This document shows positions 19,733 to 29,097 of a stretch of DNA of 64,000 nt, piece after piece. The notes below the pieces were generated by a model that searched no databases, had not been told where the DNA came from, and worked only from the letters and a program-made list of their open reading frames with translations. A program made the translations under genes and the position numbers. The DNA is from Promethearchaeota archaeon (GTDB lineage: Archaea; Asgardarchaeota; Heimdallarchaeia; Hodarchaeales; Hodarchaeaceae): assembly GCA_048938105.1 (NCBI GenBank), contig JBHLMN010000010.1, forward strand, positions 64,001 through 128,000, in the 5' to 3' direction. The stretch's first letter is position 1. Each line of letters opens with the position of its first letter.

Positions 19733-21205
19733 ATGTCCCGTAAAAACTTCAATTACAAAAAATTTGTTGGTCTTTTTCTAATATCCATTTCATTATTGAT
19801 TCTATTTATCAGAGAGGCTTGGTTACGAGCCTCTTTAATACCTATGAATTTAATTATTCTATTTCCATATGTTACTCTCATTGATCTTGTGTTACTTCTC
19901 CGCTTGTCAATTGCCTTAATCTTATTTGGAGCTGGTTTAAGCATTTTAACTATCAATTTTAGAGGTGAAAAGAAGACTGAAGGTTTAGATTTAATTTCTT
20001 TGGGTATAGCTGCCATCAGTTTATCTATTTTAGTTGGCGCTATCTTGATGATTATTGTAAATCAAGATCCAATAATGGGATATTATCTAATGTTACGAGG
20101 TGCTCTCGGAAACGAAAACAGATTAGCTACAACGATAACAAAAGTAACTCCATTAATTTTAACTGGATTATCAGTAGCAATTGCTTTTAGATGTGGATTA
20201 TTTAACATAGGGGCTGAAGGACAGTTAGTTCTTGGTGCGTTTACTGCTGCATTAGCTGGAGTTTATATAACTGGCCTCCCGTGGTTTTTACACCTCCCTA
20301 TATGTTTATTTGCTGGAGCAATAGCAGGAGCAGCTGCTGCGTTTATACCAGCTTATCTTAAAGCAAAAGTAGGGGCTCATGAGGTTGTTACTACAATAAT
20401 GATGAATGGAATAATCGGTGCAGTCACAGCGTGGTTTGTTTCAAGTGAAATGCTTCTAAAAGATCCAGACACGATGGCATCACAAACATATCATATCTCC
20501 GATTCAGCCCAGATACCATTAATCTGGGAAAAAACTCCTTTTGAAGGAATTGAGTTCCCAATTGAATTTCTTTCTTTTCCATTTAAAGGGACAACTTTTC
20601 ATTATGGATTATTAATTGCAATTGGTTTAGCCATAATTGTTTATATAATTGTTTGGAAAACAAGTCTCGGTTATGAACTTCGGACTGTTGGACTAAACCC
20701 AGATGCAGCAAATTACGGAGGTATAAGTGCAAAAAGAAGTATTATCATCACAATGCTAATTTCTGGTGCCCTTGCAGGTATTGGTGGTTCAATAGAAATA
20801 CTTGCAATTCATTATCGCTTTATAGCTTATTTTTCACCTGGTTACGGTTTTGATGGAATCGCAGTTGCAGTTCTAGGACAAAATACCGCGATTGGTTCAT
20901 TAATTTCTGCTTTTCTATTCGGAGGATTGGCTTCTGGAGGAATTTATATCGATATCTTTTCTGATATTCCTAAAGAAATTGTATGGGTATTACAAGCTCT
21001 AGTGGTTCTTTTTGTTTCTGCTCCCATGATAATTCAACGAATAAAAATACCAAAAATCATTGGTAGACGTAAAGAAGTGTTACCATCATCTACGAGGGAA
21101 ATCTCAAATCCTGAAAAAGCAGAATTTAGCCAGAACAAAAAAATAGATATTCAGAAAGAAAAGTCAAATATAATTTTTGAAGGAGATTCAAACAATGGCA
21201 ATTGA
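19733..21205 (+). CDS. Nucleoside ABC transporter permease 1
   Basis: GLFNIGAEGQ, HEVVTTIMMN, GYGFDGIAVA. Confidence 0.92.
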   Translation: MSRKNFNYKKFVGLFLISISLLILFIREAWLRASLIPMNLIILFPYVTLIDLVLLLRLSIALILFGAGLSILTINFRGEKKTEGLDLISLGIAAISLSILVGAILMIIVNQDPIMGYYLMLRGALGNENRLATTITKVTPLILTGLSVAIAFRCGLFNIGAEGQLVLGAFTAALAGVYITGLPWFLHLPICLFAGAIAGAAAAFIPAYLKAKVGAHEVVTTIMMNGIIGAVTAWFVSSEMLLKDPDTMASQTYHISDSAQIPLIWEKTPFEGIEFPIEFLSFPFKGTTFHYGLLIAIGLAIIVYIIVWKTSLGYELRTVGLNPDAANYGGISAKRSIIITMLISGALAGIGGSIEILAIHYRFIAYFSPGYGFDGIAVAVLGQNTAIGSLISAFLFGGLASGGIYIDIFSDIPKEIVWVLQALVVLFVSAPMIIQRIKIPKIIGRRKEVLPSSTREISNPEKAEFSQNKKIDIQKEKSNIIFEGDSNNGN

Positions 21206-22418
21206 TTTATTAGATCCTGTAACAGTTCGTTTTATGATAATAAGTACGATTCCTATTATTCTAGCTGCTTTGGGGGGTGTTTTTTCGGAGAGAAGTGGCG
21301 TTATAAATATTGCTCTTGAAGGAATTATGTTAACAGGAGCTTGGGCTGCAGTATGGTTTTCAGAATTAGGAACTGATGTTTTTGGCTTAAGAGATATGTC
21401 TCCTTGGTTAGGGTTCGTTGCTGCAGCTATCTTCGGTATGGCAATGGCAGCAATTCACGCAATCCTCTCCATTGAATTTGAGGCCAATCAAGTTGTATCA
21501 GGAGTAGCGATCAACCTACTTGGGCTTGGATTTACCACTTTAATGACTGTAATTATTTGGGGAAGCTCTGGAGCAAGTGATGTTGTTCGTTCAATGAAAA
21601 ATTTATCTTTTCCTGTTGAACTCCGAATAATTTTTCTTATTCTCTTTCTATTCTTCTATATTGCCATATTCTCGAAATATTTGTCAAAGAAAATCCCTGC
21701 ACCAAGAGTATTGACTACTAGCTATTCAGTTGACAGATTTTCACAAAGAAGAATATCTATTTTTGAAATTATTATCCTAGTATTTGTATCAATAAGTGCC
21801 TTAATTCTATATCCCATATTCTATCCTTATTTTTATGATATTTTTAATTCAATTTCTATATTTGCAATTCTAGCTGCAATTCTAGTGGTAATCTCTCATT
21901 ATGTGCTATTTCACACCCCATTCGGATTAAGGGTGCGTTCAGTTGGAGAACACCCACGAGCTGCTGCTACACTTGGAATAAATGTAAAAAGAACCCGTTA
22001 CATATGCGTAATTGCTAGTGGATTCTTTGCAGGAATTGGAGGAGCATTTCTTTCAATTGGCTATACAAGTTTATTCACACAAAATATGACCACTGGGAGA
22101 GGTTTCATTGCTTTAGCTGCGGTTATCTTTGGTAAATGGACACCAATTGGAGCATTATCAGCTTCATTATTATTTGGTCTAGCACAAGCCCTTCAACTTC
22201 GTTTACAGGGAGCTACGGCGATTGAATTATTTGGGTTAACCTATGAGATTCCAGAAATGTCTTTTTCCTTTTGGGAAATCAATTTTTCTATTCCTCCCAT
22301 TCCTAATCAGTTCTTTCTAGCTTTTCCATACCTAGTTGTTATTATCATTGTAGCAATAGCCGTAAAGCGATCCACTCCTCCAAAAGCAATAGGACAACCG
22401 TATAAGAGAGAAGGATAA
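21177..22418 (+). CDS. Nucleoside ABC transporter permease 2
   Basis: SERSGVINIALEGIM, GLRVRSVGEHP, GRGFIALAAVIFGKW, PKAIGQPY. Confidence 0.92.
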   Translation: MKEIQTMAIDLLDPVTVRFMIISTIPIILAALGGVFSERSGVINIALEGIMLTGAWAAVWFSELGTDVFGLRDMSPWLGFVAAAIFGMAMAAIHAILSIEFEANQVVSGVAINLLGLGFTTLMTVIIWGSSGASDVVRSMKNLSFPVELRIIFLILFLFFYIAIFSKYLSKKIPAPRVLTTSYSVDRFSQRRISIFEIIILVFVSISALILYPIFYPYFYDIFNSISIFAILAAILVVISHYVLFHTPFGLRVRSVGEHPRAAATLGINVKRTRYICVIASGFFAGIGGAFLSIGYTSLFTQNMTTGRGFIALAAVIFGKWTPIGALSASLLFGLAQALQLRLQGATAIELFGLTYEIPEMSFSFWEINFSIPPIPNQFFLAFPYLVVIIIVAIAVKRSTPPKAIGQPYKREG

Positions 22419-22510
22419 AGAAATTTCGGAAAAAGGAACTGAATTGTTAATGAATTTCATAGGTTATCATATCCAAGACACCTATATAGAAAATTAAGCA
22501 ATACTATAGA

Positions 22511-23254
22511 TCATTTGGTATTAATACTTTCAATTGCATCAATTGCACACAAAATTGCATTCTGAACTCCATATTTAAACTTATTATCACTTTCACCTAA
22601 AGTTTGATCACTTTTTTGCGTACTTTCAGCTAGATTTCCATCAATTACTAGAATTGATCCAGTTTTCACTCTTTTAACAGATCCAAAAATGAAGATTAAT
22701 GCTGATTCCATTTCAACTGAATTTGCACCACATCTAGCCCATTTTTTATACTCTTCTTGGTTTGTTGAGTAATAAACATCAGTTGTCCATACAATCCCTG
22801 AATAATATTTAATATTCAATTTCTCTGCGGATTCACATAGTCTCTGATAGATTTCTGGTGAAGCAGCTGCAGGAAACTCTATTGGAGTATAATTTAAGGA
22901 GGTATGTTCATCACGTATAGATGCATAAGGAATAACAATACCACCGACCATCATTCCGTTTTGCAAGGCGCCACAAGATCCTATTCGGATGAAAACTCTC
23001 CCTCCAGCTCGAAATGCTTCCTCTAGAATAATTGCAGCACTTGGACAGCCCATTCCTGTTGTTAATACTGAAACAGGAATGTTTTTATTAGGTGTTCTTC
23101 CGTTAAAAGCTACTAATCCACGATATTCTGCAATTTGTTCTTTAAAATTTAGTGATTCAGCTATTTTTGGAACCCGATCTGGATTGCCACTTAAAAGGCA
23201 AAATTTATGTACTTGCGATAATTGGAGGTGGGGTTGTATTTTGGTTTCCTTCAT
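22511..23254 (-). CDS. Nucleoside phosphorylase (PNP/UDP family 1)
   Basis: QPHL, GNPDRV, GMGCPSAAI..EE, RIGSCG, VEMESA. Confidence 0.9.
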   Translation of the reverse strand: MKETKIQPHLQLSQVHKFCLLSGNPDRVPKIAESLNFKEQIAEYRGLVAFNGRTPNKNIPVSVLTTGMGCPSAAIILEEAFRAGGRVFIRIGSCGALQNGMMVGGIVIPYASIRDEHTSLNYTPIEFPAAASPEIYQRLCESAEKLNIKYYSGIVWTTDVYYSTNQEEYKKWARCGANSVEMESALIFIFGSVKRVKTGSILVIDGNLAESTQKSDQTLGESDNKFKYGVQNAILCAIDAIESINTK

Positions 23255-23500
23255 TGATTCAACCTTGTTTTGTCTAGTATGTACTTCTTATAGAATTAAA
23301 AATTGTTATATCTAAGAAAAAAAAAATAGTTTTTTAGTTTACAGCTAAAATTTACAAACGTATTTGTTAATCTTGTGAAAACAATCCAATTTCTAATCTA
23401 GAGCAACAGTTTGATATTAGTATGAAAGAAATTGCTGTATTCAGGCTATATAAATCGAAGATTAATATTTTGAACAGAATCCAACATTGAGGTGGTATAA

Positions 23501-24859
23501 ATGAGTGATATAATCATCAAGAACGCACAAGCTATTATACCAATGAGAGGAGATATAAATGAACCCAAAATCCTCAGAGATCAATCAATTCTTATCTCAG
23601 GTTCACAGATAGTGGAAATCGGGAGTAATATCTCAGTTCCACAAGGTACTGAAAAAATTGATGGGAATGGGAAAGTGGTCTTACCAGGTTTAATTAATAG
23701 TCACACGCATTTAGCTATGAATCTACTTAAAGGTTATGCTGATGATATGAAATTACAGGTGTGGTTAGAGAAAAAAATCTGGCCTTTTGAATCAAAAATG
23801 ACACTGGAAGACATTGAATTCGGTGCACGACTGGGAGCTCTTGAAGCTTTAGCATCAGGAACCACAACTCTTAATAGTATGTACCATCACAGTGAGCTTG
23901 AGGTTAAGGCTCTAACTGAAATTGGATTGCGAGCTGTTGTGGGTCATGTCTGTTTTTCTTGGAGAAAAGAGGAAGACTATCGTGCAACTCAAGATGTCAT
24001 CAAGAAATTCCACACATCTAACAATGACCGTATTCATTGTTCTGTAGATCCTCATGCCGCTTATACTGTTGATTATGACTTTTTACAAGAATTACTTGAG
24101 CTAAAGAATAGCTATCAAGAAAAATATGACCATCCACCATTTATACATACTCATGCTGCTGAAACTAAATATGAAACCCAACAAACTCAGGATTATTTGA
24201 AAGAATCGGGTTTTCAATCACTTGCTGAAAAGGTAGAATCCCCTATTCAATATTTTCATGACTGTGGGATTTTGAAAGACGCATGTATAGCCCATGGGGT
24301 CTGGGTATCAGAAAAGGACATAGGATTATTGAAGAAAGATGATGCTCGCGTTGCTAGTTGCCCAGTTAGCAATTTAAAGCTATCATCTGGAATTGCTCCC
24401 ATTAATACTCTGATTCAATCGGATGTTACAGTAGGGTTTGGTACTGACAGCAGTAGCTCGAATAATACTCTGGATATGTTTGAAACTGTGAAAATTGGGT
24501 CCTTATTACAAAAAGTCCATGATGGATTTAATCCACAAGCCTTACCAGCGTATCAAGCTTTATGGGTTGGTACTAAGGGTTCTGCTAGAGCAATTCATTG
24601 GAATGATTCAATTGGGTCTTTGGAAGTAGGTAAGAAAGCGGATATTATTTTGGTAGACTTTCGCTCACCTCATTTAATTCCCACTTGGAATGAGGTTTCC
24701 CAATTGGTTTACTCGACAAAAGGAACAGACGTTTCAGAAGTTATTATTGATGGGGAATTAGTGTTTTGTGATAAGAAATTTAAAAGAATAGATTTCAGTC
24801 AATTTTACAGAGAAGCTAGTGATTATATTCAAAAGCTTAAAGTTCGCATTGATCAGTAG
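23501..24859 (+). CDS. mtaD: Amidohydrolase, MTA/SAH/5'-deoxyadenosine deaminase-like
   Basis: PGLINSHTH, PHAAYT, HTHAAET, AHGV, SNLKLSSG, GTDSSSSNN. Confidence 0.8.
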   Translation: MSDIIIKNAQAIIPMRGDINEPKILRDQSILISGSQIVEIGSNISVPQGTEKIDGNGKVVLPGLINSHTHLAMNLLKGYADDMKLQVWLEKKIWPFESKMTLEDIEFGARLGALEALASGTTTLNSMYHHSELEVKALTEIGLRAVVGHVCFSWRKEEDYRATQDVIKKFHTSNNDRIHCSVDPHAAYTVDYDFLQELLELKNSYQEKYDHPPFIHTHAAETKYETQQTQDYLKESGFQSLAEKVESPIQYFHDCGILKDACIAHGVWVSEKDIGLLKKDDARVASCPVSNLKLSSGIAPINTLIQSDVTVGFGTDSSSSNNTLDMFETVKIGSLLQKVHDGFNPQALPAYQALWVGTKGSARAIHWNDSIGSLEVGKKADIILVDFRSPHLIPTWNEVSQLVYSTKGTDVSEVIIDGELVFCDKKFKRIDFSQFYREASDYIQKLKVRIDQ

Positions 24860-24928
24860 TTACGAAAGAAATGGAGAAGACCAATTATTCAGTCTCAATC
24901 TCTAATGGGAAAATCTGAACTCACTTAG

Positions 24929-25951
24929 TTAAAGTCTATCATTTAATATTCCCTCTTCTCTCATCCACTTTACAGTTTTTTCAACACCAAATTCATAATC
25001 TACAGTTGGATTGAAACCTAGTATTTTTTTTGCTTTGGTATTTGCATAGTTTCGGCTAGTTTGTATTTTTTTTATTGCAATGGAAACATATGGATACCCT
25101 AATCCTTTTCGTTTATAGTATTTCACTATTAGGGGCCAAAAGATTCTAGCTATAATCATTGGAAAATGAGGGATAAATCGTGGGGGTTTATTACCTAGCT
25201 TAACAGCTATTACCTCGAATAATTCTCTCCAAATCTGTGGTTTATCAGATGCTAAGATAAAAATTTCCCCAATAGTTTTATTTGGATTATCTATGATTTT
25301 GACAAATCCTTGAACTATATCATCAATGAAAGTAAAGTGAATAGTGCCTTTAGGTGAACCAGGAAATATTCTCTTTATTATGCTTTTCTCCATTGACTCA
25401 ATTATTTCTGTAAATACGTAGTAATCGCCAGGGCCATAGACACCACTTGGTCTAACTATAGTGAGGGGAAGGTTATGTTCATTTTGTAAATCAAGCAATA
25501 TTTTTTCTGCTTCCATCTTACTACGTCCATAAACCTCATCAGGATTGTAGATGGATTCTTCTATGCCATTTACGACAACGCCTAGTGCCTCAGTGGAAGA
25601 ACAATATACAAAATGCTTTACATTAGCTTCTAAACAAGCTTCTGCAAGCTTTTTTGTAGAAATAACATTTTGCTCAAAAAGAGATTCTTCAGAGGCCTCA
25701 AAATTATAATTCGCTGCAAAATGAATAACGATGTCTTTCCCCTTAACAGCATGACTAAAAGTTGTGTGATCAGTCAAATCAAAATAAACAAATTTAACAT
25801 CTAATTCTTCTAAATCCTCTTTTTTAGAAGTTTTTCGAACAGCACAATAGATCTCATATTGCCTCTGTTCAGCAATTAGTGTCCGAATAAATGCCTTACC
25901 AATAAATCCAGTGGCTCCTGTAACAAGAATTTTCATTAGAATCGAAACCAA
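24929..25951 (-). CDS. NAD-dependent epimerase/dehydratase (extended SDR)
   Basis: TGATGFIG, YGRSK, RPSGVYGPG. Confidence 0.88.
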   Translation of the reverse strand: MVSILMKILVTGATGFIGKAFIRTLIAEQRQYEIYCAVRKTSKKEDLEELDVKFVYFDLTDHTTFSHAVKGKDIVIHFAANYNFEASEESLFEQNVISTKKLAEACLEANVKHFVYCSSTEALGVVVNGIEESIYNPDEVYGRSKMEAEKILLDLQNEHNLPLTIVRPSGVYGPGDYYVFTEIIESMEKSIIKRIFPGSPKGTIHFTFIDDIVQGFVKIIDNPNKTIGEIFILASDKPQIWRELFEVIAVKLGNKPPRFIPHFPMIIARIFWPLIVKYYKRKGLGYPYVSIAIKKIQTSRNYANTKAKKILGFNPTVDYEFGVEKTVKWMREEGILNDRL

Positions 25952-26129
25952 ATCTTATGTATAACATCAATTTAATTCAGGCTTGATTGCTTCTCCTTAG
26001 TATAAGTTATCACAATAAATCAGAACAGAAGCTAGTCTGTTAATTCAGGAGATTCAAATCTCTATTCCAATTATATTGGTTTTATTAAAATATTAATCTA
26101 TAGAGAAATCCTTTACTGGAAAAAATGGA

Positions 26130-26816
26130 TTAGATTTCAATATTTTTGAGTACTGTTTCAATATCAACTGGAAGAGAAAAAGTCTGAATGTGTCTTAGTT
26201 CATCTTGAGCCGCGACTTGACTTGACACTCGCATTTGATTGTATATATCTTCAATTTCTTCCAATCGTCCTCTTGTTTCAGGATATTTTGGATTAATGCT
26301 ACAACAACCTCCTGGTAGGATCGAAAGGTCATAAAAACCCCATTTTTTGGAGAGTAGGACAACTTCTTCTTTATTATATCCTAGTAATGGTCTCAACGCA
26401 GGTATCTTAATTTTAGAAACAACAATAGGTAAATTATCTAATGTTTGACTTGCTTGTTCACCTAGAATTTCACCCGTGACAATAACATCAGCTTTTATCT
26501 GTTGAGCGTACATTTCAGCTTTTAAAAACATCTGTATTCGACAAAATAGGCATATCTGGCGAAGTTTTCTCCCCTCAAGATTATTCAAAATTACTTCTTG
26601 CGTTTTTCCATGAGAGATTATAGCTAAAGAAATGAAAACATTTGAATTACGCTCTGCAATTTTATTACTAATAGTTACAACTTTTTCTATGGTACCAAGA
26701 GAGTGAAACGGAAAATTATGGTAATGCAGCAGAAATGGCTGAAATCCATTTAAGATGGTAATTTGGGCTGCAACTGGACTATCTATACCACCAGAAATAA
26801 GACATACCGCTTTCAT
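26130..26816 (-). CDS. ThiI-family PP-loop sulfurtransferase, catalytic domain only
   Basis: SGGIDSPVA, CLFCR, TGEILGEQASQTLDN, RPLLGYNKEE, CC. No N-terminal NFLD/THUMP domain. Confidence 0.85.
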   Translation of the reverse strand: MKAVCLISGGIDSPVAAQITILNGFQPFLLHYHNFPFHSLGTIEKVVTISNKIAERNSNVFISLAIISHGKTQEVILNNLEGRKLRQICLFCRIQMFLKAEMYAQQIKADVIVTGEILGEQASQTLDNLPIVVSKIKIPALRPLLGYNKEEVVLLSKKWGFYDLSILPGGCCSINPKYPETRGRLEEIEDIYNQMRVSSQVAAQDELRHIQTFSLPVDIETVLKNIEI

Positions 26817-27057
26817 GTTGAAACCTTATCCAGGTAGGATCTTGTTACTCGACTATTAATGCTTAATAACAGCAAATGACTCATACATAAGGCATTTATG
26901 CTTTGAAAACTGAAAAATAGGTTGAGATACATTTTTGACAGTTTCATGAAAACAGGCAATTTGTAGAACATCATAAGGTAAACTAGTAAAGAATGGCATT
27001 ATACTTCTAAAGATTATCGCAAAATTCTTCGGGGGATTTTTCAATTGAGGAAAAATC

Positions 27058-27375
27058 ATGACCGCACTTAATTTTTCAGTTAATCGCTGTTCCAATAATC
27101 CACAACGTTGGAATGTTTATTTTAATAATTTAAAACCTTTTCACATACATTCAATTCGCGAAATATTAGAAAAAAAACAATATCAAATACTAGCTGCCAC
27201 TCCTAATGTAACTGTCTTTCGATCTAAAGAAGTTCGTCTCATATTGCATTCTGAAGGGCTTATTCAAGTTGATTTATATGACTCCTCGAAAAAAGGAGTG
27301 AAGGATATCGAACATCTTATTAAAGATATTTTTGATTTTAATTCAATTAATTTTTCTGGTGATTTATTTGGGTGA
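27058..27375 (+). CDS. Hypothetical protein (possible TBP-like alpha/beta fold)
   Basis: Clean 105-aa ORF directly upstream of the GcvH-like gene; fold guessed from the strand pattern. Confidence 0.55.
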   Translation: MTALNFSVNRCSNNPQRWNVYFNNLKPFHIHSIREILEKKQYQILAATPNVTVFRSKEVRLILHSEGLIQVDLYDSSKKGVKDIEHLIKDIFDFNSINFSGDLFG

Positions 27376-27922
27376 AAATCAGTTAGAAATTACTACAACG
27401 AAGTTTGACAAAGAAACACAACAGGAAATCACAGTCATGTATTTTTTCCCGCTAGACCGTTATTATTACGCTGGTGACCCAGGCCATATTTGGTTCAAAC
27501 CCATTAACTCTATCTTTGAGGTCGGATTCGATTCTTTTGGTCAAGAACAAGCAGGACCCCTTCTTCACATACGAACTCGTCCCCTTGGAAGGGAGTTCCC
27601 TCAGGGAGCTGCTTTTGGAACTGTTGAAAGTGATAAATGGATTGGTCCACTCCGCTTACCATTATCTGCTGTCCTCATTGAAGCAAATACAGCTGTTCTA
27701 GATAACCCTAAGTTAATAAATGAAAATTGCTACAATGCTTGGGTGATCCAAATCGAACCAACAAAATTCAATGAAGAAATAAACTCTACTGATATTATCA
27801 TTAAGGGGGATCTTCAAAAATTGAAACAATACTCTTTTTCTGATCTAGAAAAATACGAAGAGCATATCATCAAATGTAGAATTACCGATCTTGAAACTGG
27901 AGAAGAACTTGATGAATGTTGA
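27332..27922 (+). CDS. gcvH: GcvH/LbpA-like lipoyl-carrier protein (start uncertain)
   Basis: FP..RYY, H.W, VGFDSFGQ..AG, GTVESDKW (lipoyl-Lys), N..VLDNP.LIN..CY..W. Confidence 0.8.
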   Translation: MILIQLIFLVIYLGENQLEITTTKFDKETQQEITVMYFFPLDRYYYAGDPGHIWFKPINSIFEVGFDSFGQEQAGPLLHIRTRPLGREFPQGAAFGTVESDKWIGPLRLPLSAVLIEANTAVLDNPKLINENCYNAWVIQIEPTKFNEEINSTDIIIKGDLQKLKQYSFSDLEKYEEHIIKCRITDLETGEELDEC

Positions 27923-28290
27923 ACTCCTAGCAAATTATTTTTGAAGTGTTTTTAAATATATTCAACGTTTAAATATAATAAGTCACCAGGAAGTTATAAA
28001 TGTCACTAGGAAAAGGAAGTTTGAAATTAGCGTCAGTATATACACGAATATGCAAGAAAAATTTAATAATATTGTAATGATCCACAAATTTTCTGTTTTT
28101 CTCACTCCAGAGTAATTTAAATGTTTGGACAAGCATTATTGAAGATTCAAAAGAATATGGTCAATACAGAACACACCTCAGAAAAGATTGTATTGAGAAT
28201 TATTCTAGTAAATCTTATATATATTGAAAACAAATTTCTCAACAGAAAGAATTTAACCATGCAAATCTCTTTTTCAGGGGAATATACCAT

Positions 28291-28416
28291 ATGGATCTTA
28301 TAACAATTATACTAACTTTATTAAGTTTAGGGCTTTTAGTTTTATTGGGAGGGGGCCTACTTATCGGAATCCTTGTTATATTATATTTAGTTGTTACAGG
28401 AAGACGATGGGACTGA
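28291..28416 (+). CDS. Small hydrophobic membrane protein, 41 aa
   Basis: Hand translation MDLITIILTLLSLGLLVLLGGGLLIGILVILYLVVTGRRWD*; CAGGGG upstream; below the ORF-track cutoff. Confidence 0.6.
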   Translation: MDLITIILTLLSLGLLVLLGGGLLIGILVILYLVVTGRRWD

Positions 28417-28424
28417 TAATGGCC

Positions 28425-28925
28425 TTATGATTCATTTATAGGAGCAGAATATTTAGCTTGATTCCCCAAATTTTCTGTTATAATGATATCTAGAATAGAG
28501 ATCAAATCAGGACTGATTTTCTGTAACCAAGTACTAATTCTTTTATGTAAATAAATAGCTAAATTTTCTGCTGTAATCTGTTCTATTCCATTCAATATTA
28601 AAACATCTTGTTTGGGAAAAGAATACATTTTATTATTCACAGTAACTTGCCAATTCCTCCCTTTCAATACCGTTTGAATCCTTATTTCTGGTGATTCTTC
28701 AGGAAGAAGTATTTTTTGATCTAATAGCTGTAGTTCATGTTTAATAGCGTCATTTACTGTTCTGAAATCTAAGAACCTCTGTTTTTTATATTTGATTTTA
28801 ACGGTTAGAGAATAATTATGACCATGTAAACGTTCACATTTGCCATATCCAACCAAGAAGTGGTTTGCAGAAAATGAATTCTTGACTTGTGAGAATATCT
28901 GTTCTTGAGAAGGCAAAATTAGCAA
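28425..28925 (-). CDS. queD: 6-carboxytetrahydropterin synthase / PTPS family
   Basis: FSANH, CERLHGHNY, DF, TAENLA. Confidence 0.85.
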   Translation of the reverse strand: MLILPSQEQIFSQVKNSFSANHFLVGYGKCERLHGHNYSLTVKIKYKKQRFLDFRTVNDAIKHELQLLDQKILLPEESPEIRIQTVLKGRNWQVTVNNKMYSFPKQDVLILNGIEQITAENLAIYLHKRISTWLQKISPDLISILDIIITENLGNQAKYSAPINES

Positions 28926-29097
28926 CCGACCATTTTGTAGTCGCTTATAGCTGATGATAATGTACTCAAATCATTTCCATATCAAATTGCATTCTTTTAT
29001 TAAAAGACATGTTCGTGTTTATGTATCATTATCATCATATTATCGCAATATCATGTTTTCTTTAATTCTTTGCCTACAATTATTGAAGTAACTATAC

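Noticed and set aside
24929-25951. 3-beta-hydroxysteroid dehydrogenase implying sterol metabolism
   Set aside because: Only generic extended-SDR motifs are visible and there are no sterol pathway genes in the window.
28121-28303. 60-aa ORF in an AT-rich gap
   Set aside because: No recognisable motif or SD, and it overlaps the start of the better-supported 41-aa ORF. It could be a decayed gene but cannot be supported.
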